Shown in pieces: positions 22,633 through 31,335 of a DNA stretch of 64,000 nucleotides (position 1 is its first letter; every line of letters begins with the position of its first letter). Source of the DNA: an uncultured delta proteobacterium. GTDB taxonomy: Bacteria; Desulfobacterota; Binatia; Binatales; Binataceae. The notes under the pieces are model-generated. The model saw only the letters and a list, made by a program, of their open reading frames with translations, had not been told where the DNA came from and made no database searches. The DNA is taken from the NCBI GenBank assembly GCA_963842085.1, contig CAWJET010000001.1, forward strand, positions 96,001 to 160,000, written 5' to 3'. The translations under genes were made by a program, and so were the position numbers.

Positions 22633-23052
22633 TCAAGGACGCTCCTGGCTGTAATCCCACGAGACCGTATGCGCCGGCTTGAAGCTCACCACCACGACCT
22701 TGTTGCCCTTGAGCGATTTCGCGTACGCCTTGCCGAGTTTCTTGCCCAGGTACTCGACCGCCATCCGCTCCGTGCGCTTGTCGTCGATCTTTTCCTCGAG
22801 CGTCGCGCGCCCCTTCAGCACCACCGTCTTGTACGGCGCCTTCTTCGTGTCGATCACCAGCGTGACGCGCGGATCGCGCACCAGGCACTTGTATTTGAAC
22901 GACTCCGCGGCCGTGTGAAACACCACCTGCCCGTCGGCGTACTCGTACCAGGTCGGCACGGCGTGCGGCGCGCCGTCGGGCGCGGTCACGGCGACCACTG
23001 CGACGATCGGTTTTCTGAGCAGCTTCTCGATATCTTTTTTCTTCATCGGCAT
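22633..23052 (-). CDS. PPOX-class (pyridoxamine 5'-phosphate oxidase-like, possibly F420-dependent) protein
   Basis: PDGAPHAVPTWY, K...RDPRVTLVI, SWDY. Confidence 0.8.
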   Translation of the reverse strand: MPMKKKDIEKLLRKPIVAVVAVTAPDGAPHAVPTWYEYADGQVVFHTAAESFKYKCLVRDPRVTLVIDTKKAPYKTVVLKGRATLEEKIDDKRTERMAVEYLGKKLGKAYAKSLKGNKVVVVSFKPAHTVSWDYSQERP

Positions 23053-23086
23053 CGGGACGAAGTCTCCTGTGGCGGCGGCAGCAATC

Positions 23087-23887
23087 TCACTTGCCTTTGA
23101 AATTCGGTTTGCGCTTCTCGTGGAAGGCTCGCGTGCCCTCGCGCACGTCCTCGGACGGATTCGTGATCATCACGTTGAGCGCGGCGTCCTCGAGCGCATT
23201 TTCGAGCGTCATCTCGCGCTGCTTGTACATCATCCGTTTGGCCAGCCTGATTGCCAACGGCGGTCCGTCCGCAAGCCGCCGCGCCAAGTCGTTCACGCGC
23301 GCTTCGAGTTCCGCGTGCGGCACCACTTCCGTCACCAACCCAAGTTCGAGCGCCGTCTTGGCGTCATAGACTTCCGACAGCAGCGTCATCTTGAGCGCGC
23401 GGTCCAATCCCATGAAGCGGGGAAACAGGTACGCTCCACCTTCATCGCAGAGCAGCGCGAACTTGAGCGCCGTGTCTCCAAGCCGCGCCTGGTCCGACGC
23501 GATCCTGAAGTCACACGACAGGGCGAGCGTCAGGCCACCGGCCACCGCTGCACCGTTAATCGCCGCGATCGCGGGCTTGTCGAAGCGATGCAACGACAGC
23601 ACGAGCTGATGGAACCCTTCGCGCATCTCGAGCATGTGTCCCATCGGATGCCCACGGAATCGCGAGCGGCTTTCAGGCGCGCCGCTGATATCGCCGCCGG
23701 CACAGAACGCGCGCCCGCTGCCGGTGATGATCAGCACGCGGATGTCGTCGTCCTGGCGCGCGAGATCGATCGCCGCGCACATTTCCTTGACCATCGTCTC
23801 GTTGTAGCCGTTCATCCGCTCGGCCCGGTTGATCGTGATTTTCGCGACGCCGTCGCGCGAACCGTAGATGATTGTTTTGAAGTCCAT
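23087..23887 (-). CDS. Enoyl-CoA hydratase/isomerase
   Basis: ITINRAERMN, AFCAGGD, KPAIAAINGAAVAGG, EKRKPNFKGK. Confidence 0.92.
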   Translation of the reverse strand: MDFKTIIYGSRDGVAKITINRAERMNGYNETMVKEMCAAIDLARQDDDIRVLIITGSGRAFCAGGDISGAPESRSRFRGHPMGHMLEMREGFHQLVLSLHRFDKPAIAAINGAAVAGGLTLALSCDFRIASDQARLGDTALKFALLCDEGGAYLFPRFMGLDRALKMTLLSEVYDAKTALELGLVTEVVPHAELEARVNDLARRLADGPPLAIRLAKRMMYKQREMTLENALEDAALNVMITNPSEDVREGTRAFHEKRKPNFKGK

Positions 23888-23914
23888 TGTCAGTGACCTC
23901 TCTTCATTTTTTCG

Positions 23915-24087
23915 TGTCATTCTGAGCAGAGGCTGCCGCAGCGAAGAAGCTGGCCCGCCATTTTTTGGCGGGCGCAATCCGTGTAGCTAAGTCCACCCCC
24001 TCCCAGGCTTCGCGAGCGCGTCGATCACGGTCGCGCCGCGCTTCGCGCGGCCAGATCCTTCGCGCCGCCGACTCCGCTCAGGACGAC
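23915..24087. repeat. Cluster of REP-like palindromes (two family B copies in opposite orientation plus GC hairpins)
   Basis: TGTCATTCTGAGC...GCGAAGAA (23915-23948) and AGATCCTTCGC...CGCTCAGGACGAC (24053-24087). Confidence 0.65.
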
Positions 24088-24110
24088 GACCGGGAGCTGC
24101 GGCCTGGCAG

Positions 24111-24920
24111 TTACCTACCCTTAAACGTCGGCGGACGCTTCTCCAAAAACGCCTTGACCGCCTCGCGATGGTCCTCGGTCCGGCCCGTCATCGTTTGTCC
24201 CCACGCCTCGCGATCGAGCAGCTCATTGAACTCGTGATTAAGCGCCGCGTTGAGATTCGCCTTCATATAGCCGTAGGCAATCGTCGGACCGTTGGCGATC
24301 CGCGACGCTAGTGCATGCACCTCGTCGCGGAACGATGCCGCCGGCAGCACGCGATTTGCCAGTCCGATTCTGAGCGCCTCGTCCGCGCCGATCACGTCGG
24401 CCAGGAAATACAGTTCGCGCGCTTTCGCCGATCCCACCAGATGCGTCAGCGACCAGGTGCCGCCGTAGTCGCCTGAGAATCCAACCTTGGCGAACGCCGT
24501 GCCGAAACGCGCCGCGTCCGACGCAATCCTGATGTCGCACGCCATCGCGAGGCTGAGCCCTGCGCCCGCCGCCGGGCCGTTGACCGCCGCGATCGTCACC
24601 TTCGCCATCTCGTGCAACATCAACGACGCCTCTTCGCCGCGCCGCAGCCCCGCGACGCGATCCTCGATCGTCTGCGCCGCGCCCGCACCCGAGCCCACGC
24701 TCTCGTTGCGCTCGCGCATCCCTCCTATATCTCCGCCCGAGCAGAATCCGCGCCCTGCTCCCGTCAGCACGACAGCGCCGATTTCGGGATTGGTCGCGGC
24801 ACGCGACAGGTTATCCACCAGCCCGCCCATCATCTCGGCGCTCATCGCGTTGAGCTTGTCGGGCCGGTTCAGCGTGAGGTAAAGCACGCGGTCTTTCACT
24901 TCGGTCAGCAGGTCTGCCAT
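24111..24920 (-). CDS. Enoyl-CoA hydratase/isomerase (PaaG-like)
   Basis: LNRPDKLNA, GFCSGGD, AAVNGPAAGAG, EKRPPTFKGR. Confidence 0.92.
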   Translation of the reverse strand: MADLLTEVKDRVLYLTLNRPDKLNAMSAEMMGGLVDNLSRAATNPEIGAVVLTGAGRGFCSGGDIGGMRERNESVGSGAGAAQTIEDRVAGLRRGEEASLMLHEMAKVTIAAVNGPAAGAGLSLAMACDIRIASDAARFGTAFAKVGFSGDYGGTWSLTHLVGSAKARELYFLADVIGADEALRIGLANRVLPAASFRDEVHALASRIANGPTIAYGYMKANLNAALNHEFNELLDREAWGQTMTGRTEDHREAVKAFLEKRPPTFKGR

Positions 24921-24956
24921 TTTTGAGCCTCCAAAAGTCCGTGTTCGACTCTGGTA

Positions 24957-25823
24957 CTACTTCACGTCCGCCAGTCTGTCGAGTGCCGCCGCGATCGCCT
25001 GCGTGCCGTCGAGATCGTGACCGAGCGCGGCCGACGCGTTGAACATCGACGCCATCAGCGAAAGTCCGGGCAGCGCGAGCCCCGCTTCACGCGCCGCCTC
25101 GGCCACCAGCCGGAGGTCCTTGCGAATCAGCTTGACAAAAAAGCCGGGCCGATAATCGCCGGCGATTATCTTCGGACCAAGATTCGACAACTGCCACGAC
25201 CCAGCCGCGCCCGCGCCAATCGCCTCGACTACCCGCGCCGCGTCGAGACCGCCGGCGCGCGCGAACTTGATCGCCTCGGCCGCCGCCTCGAGCGCGAGCG
25301 CCACCGCGATCTGATTTGCCAGCTTGGTCAGCTGGCCCGCGCCCGGCGCGCCCATGTGCGTGATTCTCTTTCCGAGCAGCTCGAACAACGGCCGCGCCCG
25401 CTCGAACGCGGCCGCGTCGCCCCCAACCATTATCGCGAGCGCGCCCTCGCGAGCGCCGACGTCGCCGCCCGATACCGGCGCGTCGAGGTAATCGACGCCG
25501 GCCTGCTTGAGCCGTGCCGCGATCCCGCGCTCGGCCGCCGGCGAAATAGTGCTCATATCGATCAAGAGCTGCCCCGCCTTCAGAGCGGGCTCGATCTTCG
25601 CTATCGTCGCCACCACGTCGGGCGTGTCGGTCACCATGACAAACACGACCTCCGCACCCGCGACGCACGCCGCCGCGTCCGCCGCCACGATCGCGCCATC
25701 GGCCGCCATTACGCGAGCCTTCTCGGGCGAGCGATTGAAGACGCGCACGCGATGACCCCCGCGAATCAACCGCCGCGCCATCGGCGCGCCCATTATTCCA
25801 GTCCCAATCCATCCGATTTCCAT
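24957..25823 (-). CDS. NAD(P)-dependent beta-hydroxyacid dehydrogenase (MmsB/GarR family)
   Basis: IGTGIMGAPM, DAPVSGG, GQLTKLANQ, KDL. Confidence 0.92.
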   Translation of the reverse strand: MEIGWIGTGIMGAPMARRLIRGGHRVRVFNRSPEKARVMAADGAIVAADAAACVAGAEVVFVMVTDTPDVVATIAKIEPALKAGQLLIDMSTISPAAERGIAARLKQAGVDYLDAPVSGGDVGAREGALAIMVGGDAAAFERARPLFELLGKRITHMGAPGAGQLTKLANQIAVALALEAAAEAIKFARAGGLDAARVVEAIGAGAAGSWQLSNLGPKIIAGDYRPGFFVKLIRKDLRLVAEAAREAGLALPGLSLMASMFNASAALGHDLDGTQAIAAALDRLADVK

Positions 25824-25835
25824 GAGTTCCTCTTA

Positions 25836-25883
25836 GCCTCTCTCTGTCAGCGAGAGGCCGCGCTTCCGGCGCGGGTGAGGGTC
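25836..25883. repeat. REP-like palindromic repeat, family A (CCTCTC...GAGAGG...GGTGAGGG)
   Basis: Related copies at 31241, 55234, 59507 and 59613. Confidence 0.6.
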
Positions 25884-26071
25884 AACATAACAAGATGACC
25901 TTCTGGTTGTCTCGTGTGAGCCAATCTCGGAGTCGGCTCTTCAGACTGAGCGAAAAGGCCGGATCGAACGCTTTTTCTGTTCCTGCCGTAACACCAATGG
26001 CAACAAACAGTTGTCACGATATAGTCATGCAGTCATCTTCGCGTTAAACAATTCCCGGGAGAAACAAAAAA

Positions 26072-26242
26072 CTGTTACGCATCAGACATATCGCGGCGGC
26101 GCTCTGCTACGGGTTTGCGTGGCTCTCGATGGTCGCATTGATTGCGATGGTCACCGTCGCCGAGGTGCTGCAAGGCGAAGCGCCGGTAAGCGACGCCGAC
26201 ACCCTGGCGCGACTCGATCTCGCGCGGCGAATACCCCGCTAG
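26072..26242 (+). CDS. Putative 56-aa single-pass membrane protein (absent from ORF track)
   Basis: GGGAGA 9 nt before CTG; (M)LRIRHIAAALCYGFAWLSMVALIAMVTVAEVLQGEAPVSDADTLARLDLARRIPR; GC3-rich codons; stop abuts the convergent AKR stop. Confidence 0.5.
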   Translation: MLRIRHIAAALCYGFAWLSMVALIAMVTVAEVLQGEAPVSDADTLARLDLARRIPR

Positions 26243-27171
26243 CGCTGTCCAATCCAATCGGCAGGCGCGACCGCACGCCATCGGGCGCGAATCGCTTCGT
26301 ACTCGGCCGGCGGCAACGGTCCGGCACCAGCGTGCGCGACATTCTGCGCGACGCGCTGCGGCCGCGTCGTGCCGACGATCGCGCTAGTCACGCCCGCAGT
26401 GCCGAGCGTGAATCTGAGTGCGACCGCGACCGCATCCTCGACTCCGCGATGGAGGAAATCGTAGTCGAGCTTCTGCAGCCGATCCCAATACGGACGCGTA
26501 TACCAATCGCCCGGCGGCTGTTTGCGATGTCGCCACGCCACGTTGGCGATTGGCCGCTTGACGATCACGCCCATCCCGCGCGCGGCCGCCCTGGGTAGCA
26601 CGCGACCGATCGCTTCCTGGTCGGCGATACTCACCGAGATCTGAATCGTGTCGAACGCGCCGCTCTCGACCGCGTACACCGCTTCATCCGAATCGGTGCT
26701 GCACCCAACGAAGCGCGCCTGTCCGCGCTCGCGCGCCTGGTGAACAACTTCAATCACGCGGCCGTCCTTGAGCGTCGCGAGCGGCGGGCTGTGGAACTGC
26801 ATCACATCGACGTGGTCGGTGCGCAGGTTCCTGAGGCTGCGCTCGATGCTCCGCGCGAGCATCGCGGGCTCCCAATCCGGCGAAGCGTAACCTGAGGCGC
26901 GCGCGGACGCGGACCCAAGCGGCGCATGCCCGCATTTTGTCATCAGGACGACTTCGGCGCGCCGCCCGGCAATCGCCTTGCCGACGAGTGCCTCGCTGTC
27001 CGCGTAGCACGCGGCGGTATCGATCAGATTGATGCCGGCGTCGAGCGCAGCGTTCAGAATTCGATCGACTGTCTTCTGCGCGACAGCCTGGTAGCCAATT
27101 TCAGAGCCGCCAAACCCAAGAGTGCTGACGCGAAGCCCGGTCTTTCCCAGCACCCGATACTCGATTGCCAT
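26239..27171 (-). CDS. Aldo/keto reductase
   Basis: LGKTGLRVSTLGFG, GINLIDTA..Y, TKCG, SLRNLRTDHVD. Confidence 0.92.
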   Translation of the reverse strand: MAIEYRVLGKTGLRVSTLGFGGSEIGYQAVAQKTVDRILNAALDAGINLIDTAACYADSEALVGKAIAGRRAEVVLMTKCGHAPLGSASARASGYASPDWEPAMLARSIERSLRNLRTDHVDVMQFHSPPLATLKDGRVIEVVHQARERGQARFVGCSTDSDEAVYAVESGAFDTIQISVSIADQEAIGRVLPRAAARGMGVIVKRPIANVAWRHRKQPPGDWYTRPYWDRLQKLDYDFLHRGVEDAVAVALRFTLGTAGVTSAIVGTTRPQRVAQNVAHAGAGPLPPAEYEAIRARWRAVAPADWIGQR

Positions 27172-27184
27172 TTCCCGTTCCTGA

Positions 27185-27254
27185 CTAAGGTGGAGGGACT
27201 GGCCCCTGCCGAAGGAAGCAATGAAAAACGAAACCCACCGCAGGTTTCATATTC
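27185..27254 (+). repeat. Family C structured repeat, degenerate 3' part
   Basis: CTAAGGTGGAGGG...CCCCTGCC...GAAACCCACCGCAGGTTTC; matches copies at 40116 and 59716. Confidence 0.6.
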
Positions 27255-27279
27255 AATAAAATGATTTGTCCTTCCCCAT

Positions 27280-28113
27280 TCACACCCCGAAGAATTCCTT
27301 GATCGCCGCGAGCGCTTCGACCTCCGTCAGCGTCGGCGCATGCCCCACGCCCGGCACCTCGACCGCTTTCGCCTGCTTGTGCACCCTGCACATCCTGCTC
27401 GCCGTCGCGCTGGCCAGGATGTCGCTCTCCGCTCCGCGCACGATCAAGATCGGGCACGCGATGCGCGCGTACGGCACCCACATATCAAGCCGCTGCTGCG
27501 CGGTGCCGCCGCGCAGCGGCCGCCTGACCTTGGCGTCCATCTTCCAGACCAGGCCGCCGTCGGCGCCCAGCTTGACCGACCACTTCACTTGTTCCGCGAC
27601 AACCTCGTCCGCGAGCTTCGCCATCGGCGGATAGTTTTCCTTGTAGTACTTCACCACTTCGCCGAGATCTTTGAAGCGCTCCGGCGCCTCGCCGACGTAG
27701 CTGGCGATTCGCGCCATCCCCGCCGGGTCGATTTCGCACCCGATATCGTTGAGCACCAGCCGCTCGACGCGCTCGGGCCACCCGCCCGCGTACATCATCG
27801 AGATCATCCCGCCCATCGAGGTGCCGATCAGGCTGGCGCGCGCGACGCCGAGCCTCTCGAGCATCCGCGCCAGGTCGGTCACGTAATTCTGCGGTATATA
27901 TTCCGTCGGCGGACCCCAATTGCTGTCGCCGCGGCCGCGCACGTCGACCGATATCACGTGATACTTCGCCGCCAGATACGGCGCGAGCGCGTCGAAGTTA
28001 TGCGCGTTGCCGGTCAGCCCGTGCACGCATACGACCCATGGCGCGCCCTCGTTGCCGTGATCGATGTAATGAAGCCGCAGTCCGTTCGCGTCGACGAATT
28101 TATCCGATGCCAT
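27280..28113 (-). CDS. Alpha/beta hydrolase
   Basis: HGLTG, DVRGRGDS, GTSMGG nucleophile elbow, GHAP. Confidence 0.9.
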   Translation of the reverse strand: MASDKFVDANGLRLHYIDHGNEGAPWVVCVHGLTGNAHNFDALAPYLAAKYHVISVDVRGRGDSNWGPPTEYIPQNYVTDLARMLERLGVARASLIGTSMGGMISMMYAGGWPERVERLVLNDIGCEIDPAGMARIASYVGEAPERFKDLGEVVKYYKENYPPMAKLADEVVAEQVKWSVKLGADGGLVWKMDAKVRRPLRGGTAQQRLDMWVPYARIACPILIVRGAESDILASATASRMCRVHKQAKAVEVPGVGHAPTLTEVEALAAIKEFFGV

Positions 28114-28151
28114 CGTTCTCCTGAATTACTTCCGCTCGCCGCTCACCCTTA

Positions 28152-28859
28152 TCACTCCGGATGCGGCGTCTGCGCGAGCTGCCACAGTTTCTCTGGCACG
28201 ATTATCAGCCGGCGTCCGTCGCGGGTAATAACGCCCTCGCGCTCGAAATCGTTGAGCTGCTCGGTCGTCCGCTGACGCGACGCTCCCACCAGCTCGGCCA
28301 AATCCGCATGCGTCAGCTTGATCGTCAGCAACGTGCCGCGCGAGTCGCGCACGCCGAATTTTTCCGCCAGCTCGAGCAGCGCGCCCGCCAGCCGCGCGCG
28401 CAGTCCGAGCCCGACGAAGTTCGCGTAGCGCACCAGCATCCCCCACCATCGCCCGACCGTCGCGTCTAGGATTATGCTCAGCCGCTCGAGCGGAACGCCG
28501 AGCACACTATCAACAAAAACCTCCGGCTTCACCACCGCCACCAGGCAATCGCTGTACGCTTCGCATCGAAACGGCCGCGTGGTCTGCGGCAGCAGCGACG
28601 ACAATCCGAAGACCTCGCCCGGCCCCACGAATCCCACCAGCACCCGCTGCTCGCGATTCACGTAACAGAGCTTCGCTACGCCCGACAGCAGGATATAAAC
28701 GTGACTCGACGCCTCGCCTTCTCTGAAGATGGCATCTTCGCGCCGCACTTTAAGCGGCGCCGACGCCGCCGCCAGCCGCGCCGCCTGCTCCTCGCGCATC
28801 CACGAGAGCGACTTGAGCCGAGTGAGCGATTTCGGATCCAAGGTGCCTTCCGCCGCCAC
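28152..28859 (-). CDS. Crp/Fnr family transcriptional regulator
   Basis: IFREGE..VYILLSG, GPGEVFG, HTH LTHADLAELVGASRQRTTEQL. Confidence 0.92.
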   Translation of the reverse strand: MAAEGTLDPKSLTRLKSLSWMREEQAARLAAASAPLKVRREDAIFREGEASSHVYILLSGVAKLCYVNREQRVLVGFVGPGEVFGLSSLLPQTTRPFRCEAYSDCLVAVVKPEVFVDSVLGVPLERLSIILDATVGRWWGMLVRYANFVGLGLRARLAGALLELAEKFGVRDSRGTLLTIKLTHADLAELVGASRQRTTEQLNDFEREGVITRDGRRLIIVPEKLWQLAQTPHPE

Positions 28860-28887
28860 AATCGGTTCCTACCACATCTGCTCCAAA

Positions 28888-28903
28888 TGTCGCGAATGTG
28901 ACA
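28888..28903. promoter_or_regulatory. Candidate Crp/Fnr (CooA-type) operator TGTCG-N6-TGACA
   Basis: Near-perfect 16-bp palindrome in the divergent crp/phaE intergenic region. Confidence 0.55.
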
Positions 28904-28938
28904 TCCAATGCCATTTTTTGCTCCGATTTGCGGGCTTT

Positions 28939-28954
28939 CGTCACCCGTGCGACA
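28939..28954. promoter_or_regulatory. Second candidate operator CGTCA-N6-CGACA
   Basis: Same motif 51 bp from the first site. Confidence 0.45.
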
Positions 28955-29049
28955 AATGTAAGCGTATCTAATGCTTGACCTAACTGTTATATTAATGCAA
29001 CTTACTGACCGAATGCGGTTCGGTCTCCGAACCAGTGAGGAAATTGACC

Positions 29050-29730
29050 ATGGCCAATAACAATGACAACCCAAGGAGCAAGCTGAATAACAACGACAGT
29101 TCGTTTTCCGATGAGATATTGAAACTGGCGCAATGCCTGATGCCCGAACCGCCAACCGCCAAGGTCAAGCGGATGGCCACCAACATTACCGATAGAGGGA
29201 TGGATCGGCAGGTTCATGAAATTGCCTGGAAGGCGTACGACACTGTCGTCGGCGCCGCCAACAGTGCCACCAATCGCATCTACTCCAGTCCCGCCGTCGG
29301 CAATGTGCTCGGCGGCGCAATCGACATCATGCTGCGATGGCAGCGCCTCAACGCCGCAGTCGCCGGCGCATTCTTCTCGGCGCTCTGGCCCGCAGTCGGC
29401 CTGCCATCAGCGAATGAGGTCGAAGCGATTCGCAGCGAGGTGCGTTCGATGCGGGAGGAACTGCGCGACGCGGTCGCCGAGCGCGACTCGAAAGACGACT
29501 TCGCAAGCGAACTGCACCTCGCCGTCCGCGAATCGATCATCAGCCAGCAGGCCGACGAAAAATCCGCCGCTCGCAAGACCAACGGACATCCGGCGGCGGT
29601 GCCGACCGGCGCTGACCTGGATCCCGCGGCATTACCGGCGGCGAAAAAATCCAGCGTTTACCAATTCTCGGTCTGGTCGGGATGGCCCGGCGCGGATCCG
29701 ATGGAGCTGAGCGAAAATGTCGGCAATTAG
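29050..29730 (+). CDS. Divergent PhaE-like subunit of class III PHA synthase
   Basis: GLPSANEVEAIRSEVRSMREELR resembles the PhaE C-terminal coiled coil; overlaps phaC; GAGGA RBS. Confidence 0.6.
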   Translation: MANNNDNPRSKLNNNDSSFSDEILKLAQCLMPEPPTAKVKRMATNITDRGMDRQVHEIAWKAYDTVVGAANSATNRIYSSPAVGNVLGGAIDIMLRWQRLNAAVAGAFFSALWPAVGLPSANEVEAIRSEVRSMREELRDAVAERDSKDDFASELHLAVRESIISQQADEKSAARKTNGHPAAVPTGADLDPAALPAAKKSSVYQFSVWSGWPGADPMELSENVGN

Positions 29731-30853
29731 CGAAATAGCTTCGCTCTGGATGGAAGGCACGATGCGTACGCTCGACGCGTTTCGCACCGGCTTCGGCACC
29801 GCCATGGACGACCCTCCGCCCGCCACGCGCTCGCACGTCATCTACGAGTCGGGCCTCGTGCGGCTGCGCCACTACGAGGCGCGCGGCGCCAACAAAAGAC
29901 GCGTGCCCCTGCTGCTCATCTACTCGCTCATCAAGCGCCCCTTCATCCTCGACCTGCAGCCCGGCCGCAGCGTCGTCGAGTACCTGGTCAAACAAGGCTT
30001 CGACGTTTACCTGATCGATTGGATTCCGCCCCGCGCCGACGACAAATGGCGCGGCTTCGACGCTTACGTAAACACCGATATCGCCAACGCCGTCCGCGCC
30101 ATCCAGATTTACACCGGCGTCGAGCAGATCTCGATCCTCGGCTACTGCTTCGGCGCGCTGCTGGGCTTGCTCTACAGCGCGCTGCACCGCGACAACGTGA
30201 AAACCCTCGTTTCCCTGACGATTCCGCTCGATACCAGCGTGCGCCAGTTGCCAATCGAGCACCTGACGGCCGCGATGACTGCGCGCAGCGCCCGCACGAT
30301 CGTCGAGACGTACGGCAACGCGCCCGCCTGGATGATCTACTCGTTCTTCAACACACTGGCGCCTACCCACCATCTGCTCGACAAGTTCGTCGGCGCCTAC
30401 CGCACCAGCTCCGCGCGCCCGGGTTACATCGACACCTTCCGGCTGTTCGAGCGATGGCTCCATAGCGACGTGCCGATGGCCGGTCAAATCTTTCTCGAGA
30501 CCGGCGAGATGTGGCGCGAGAACTCGCTGATGAAAGGCACGATGAAAGTCGGCGACACCGTCGCGGACCTGACGCGCGTCGCATGCCCACTGCTCAACGT
30601 CATCGGCGACCGCGACGACATCGTCAATCCCCTGTCGAGCGAGCCGTTGCCCGAACTCGTGTCGAGCGACGACAAGCAGAATCTGCACTATCCGACCGGC
30701 CATATGGGCGCGGCGATCAGCGCCGACTCGCTCAAGCGGCTGTGGCCGCAAATCGCGAATTGGTTGAGTGCGCGCGATGACTGGGAACTTAAAATCGCCG
30801 GTTTCGTCGCGTTCGCGACCAAAGAAACGGGCAAAATCGGCTTCAATGGCTAA
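29717..30853 (+). CDS. phaC: Class III poly(R)-hydroxyalkanoate synthase subunit
   Basis: PLLLIYSLIKRPFILDLQPGRSVV, GYCFG lipase-like box, GDRDDIV, TGHMG. Confidence 0.88.
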   Translation: MSAISEIASLWMEGTMRTLDAFRTGFGTAMDDPPPATRSHVIYESGLVRLRHYEARGANKRRVPLLLIYSLIKRPFILDLQPGRSVVEYLVKQGFDVYLIDWIPPRADDKWRGFDAYVNTDIANAVRAIQIYTGVEQISILGYCFGALLGLLYSALHRDNVKTLVSLTIPLDTSVRQLPIEHLTAAMTARSARTIVETYGNAPAWMIYSFFNTLAPTHHLLDKFVGAYRTSSARPGYIDTFRLFERWLHSDVPMAGQIFLETGEMWRENSLMKGTMKVGDTVADLTRVACPLLNVIGDRDDIVNPLSSEPLPELVSSDDKQNLHYPTGHMGAAISADSLKRLWPQIANWLSARDDWELKIAGFVAFATKETGKIGFNG

Positions 30854-30908
30854 CGTTAGTAAACCAACCGGCGGACTCGAGTCGCGCCGACAATCAGGAG
30901 AAGAGGCA

Positions 30909-31169
30909 ATGGCAGAAAAAGAAAATGGTTCCGTGTTCGAGGGTTTTCCCAGCAATCTGTTGAGCGTCGAGGGCGCCAAGAAGTTCGCCGCGTGGTACAT
31001 CGACACCAGCGAAAAAGTCGCCAAGCAGGCGATCGAGTTCCAGGAATCGGCGACCAAGTGGGCCAAGGAAACTCCGCTCGCGCCGATCTTCGATGCGCAA
31101 ATCGAGTATGGCAAGAAGTTCGTCGAGCGCTCCGCCAACGCCGCGCGATCCCTCTGGCGTCTGGAATAA
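30909..31169 (+). CDS. Small helical protein, phasin-like
   Basis: 86 aa, amphipathic and Ala/Glu/Lys-rich; GAGG RBS; directly after phaC. Confidence 0.55.
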   Translation: MAEKENGSVFEGFPSNLLSVEGAKKFAAWYIDTSEKVAKQAIEFQESATKWAKETPLAPIFDAQIEYGKKFVERSANAARSLWRLE

Positions 31170-31240
31170 CCTGGCAGCACAGGGTTAGGTTTGCTCGCGC
31201 CCTCCTTCCGGCGCACTTCTCCTAAATACCTGAGTGCATG

Positions 31241-31299
31241 GCCTCTCCCTGACCAGCAGGGAGAGGCCGCGCCGACTCCTCGAGGCGTGGCCGAGGGTC
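31241..31299. repeat. REP-like repeat, family A
   Basis: GCCTCTCCCTGACCAGCAGGGAGAGGC hairpin followed by ...GAGGGTC, between convergent genes. Confidence 0.65.
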
Positions 31300-31335
31300 C
31301 GCTTTTGACGACGCCCTGCTTCGCCGAGTTGTCGG

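Noticed and set aside
25909-25946. Minus-strand CUGAAGA followed by a stem, resembling a hammerhead ribozyme core
   Set aside because: The required GAAA after stem II is absent (ACACGAGAC follows); treated as a plain hairpin.
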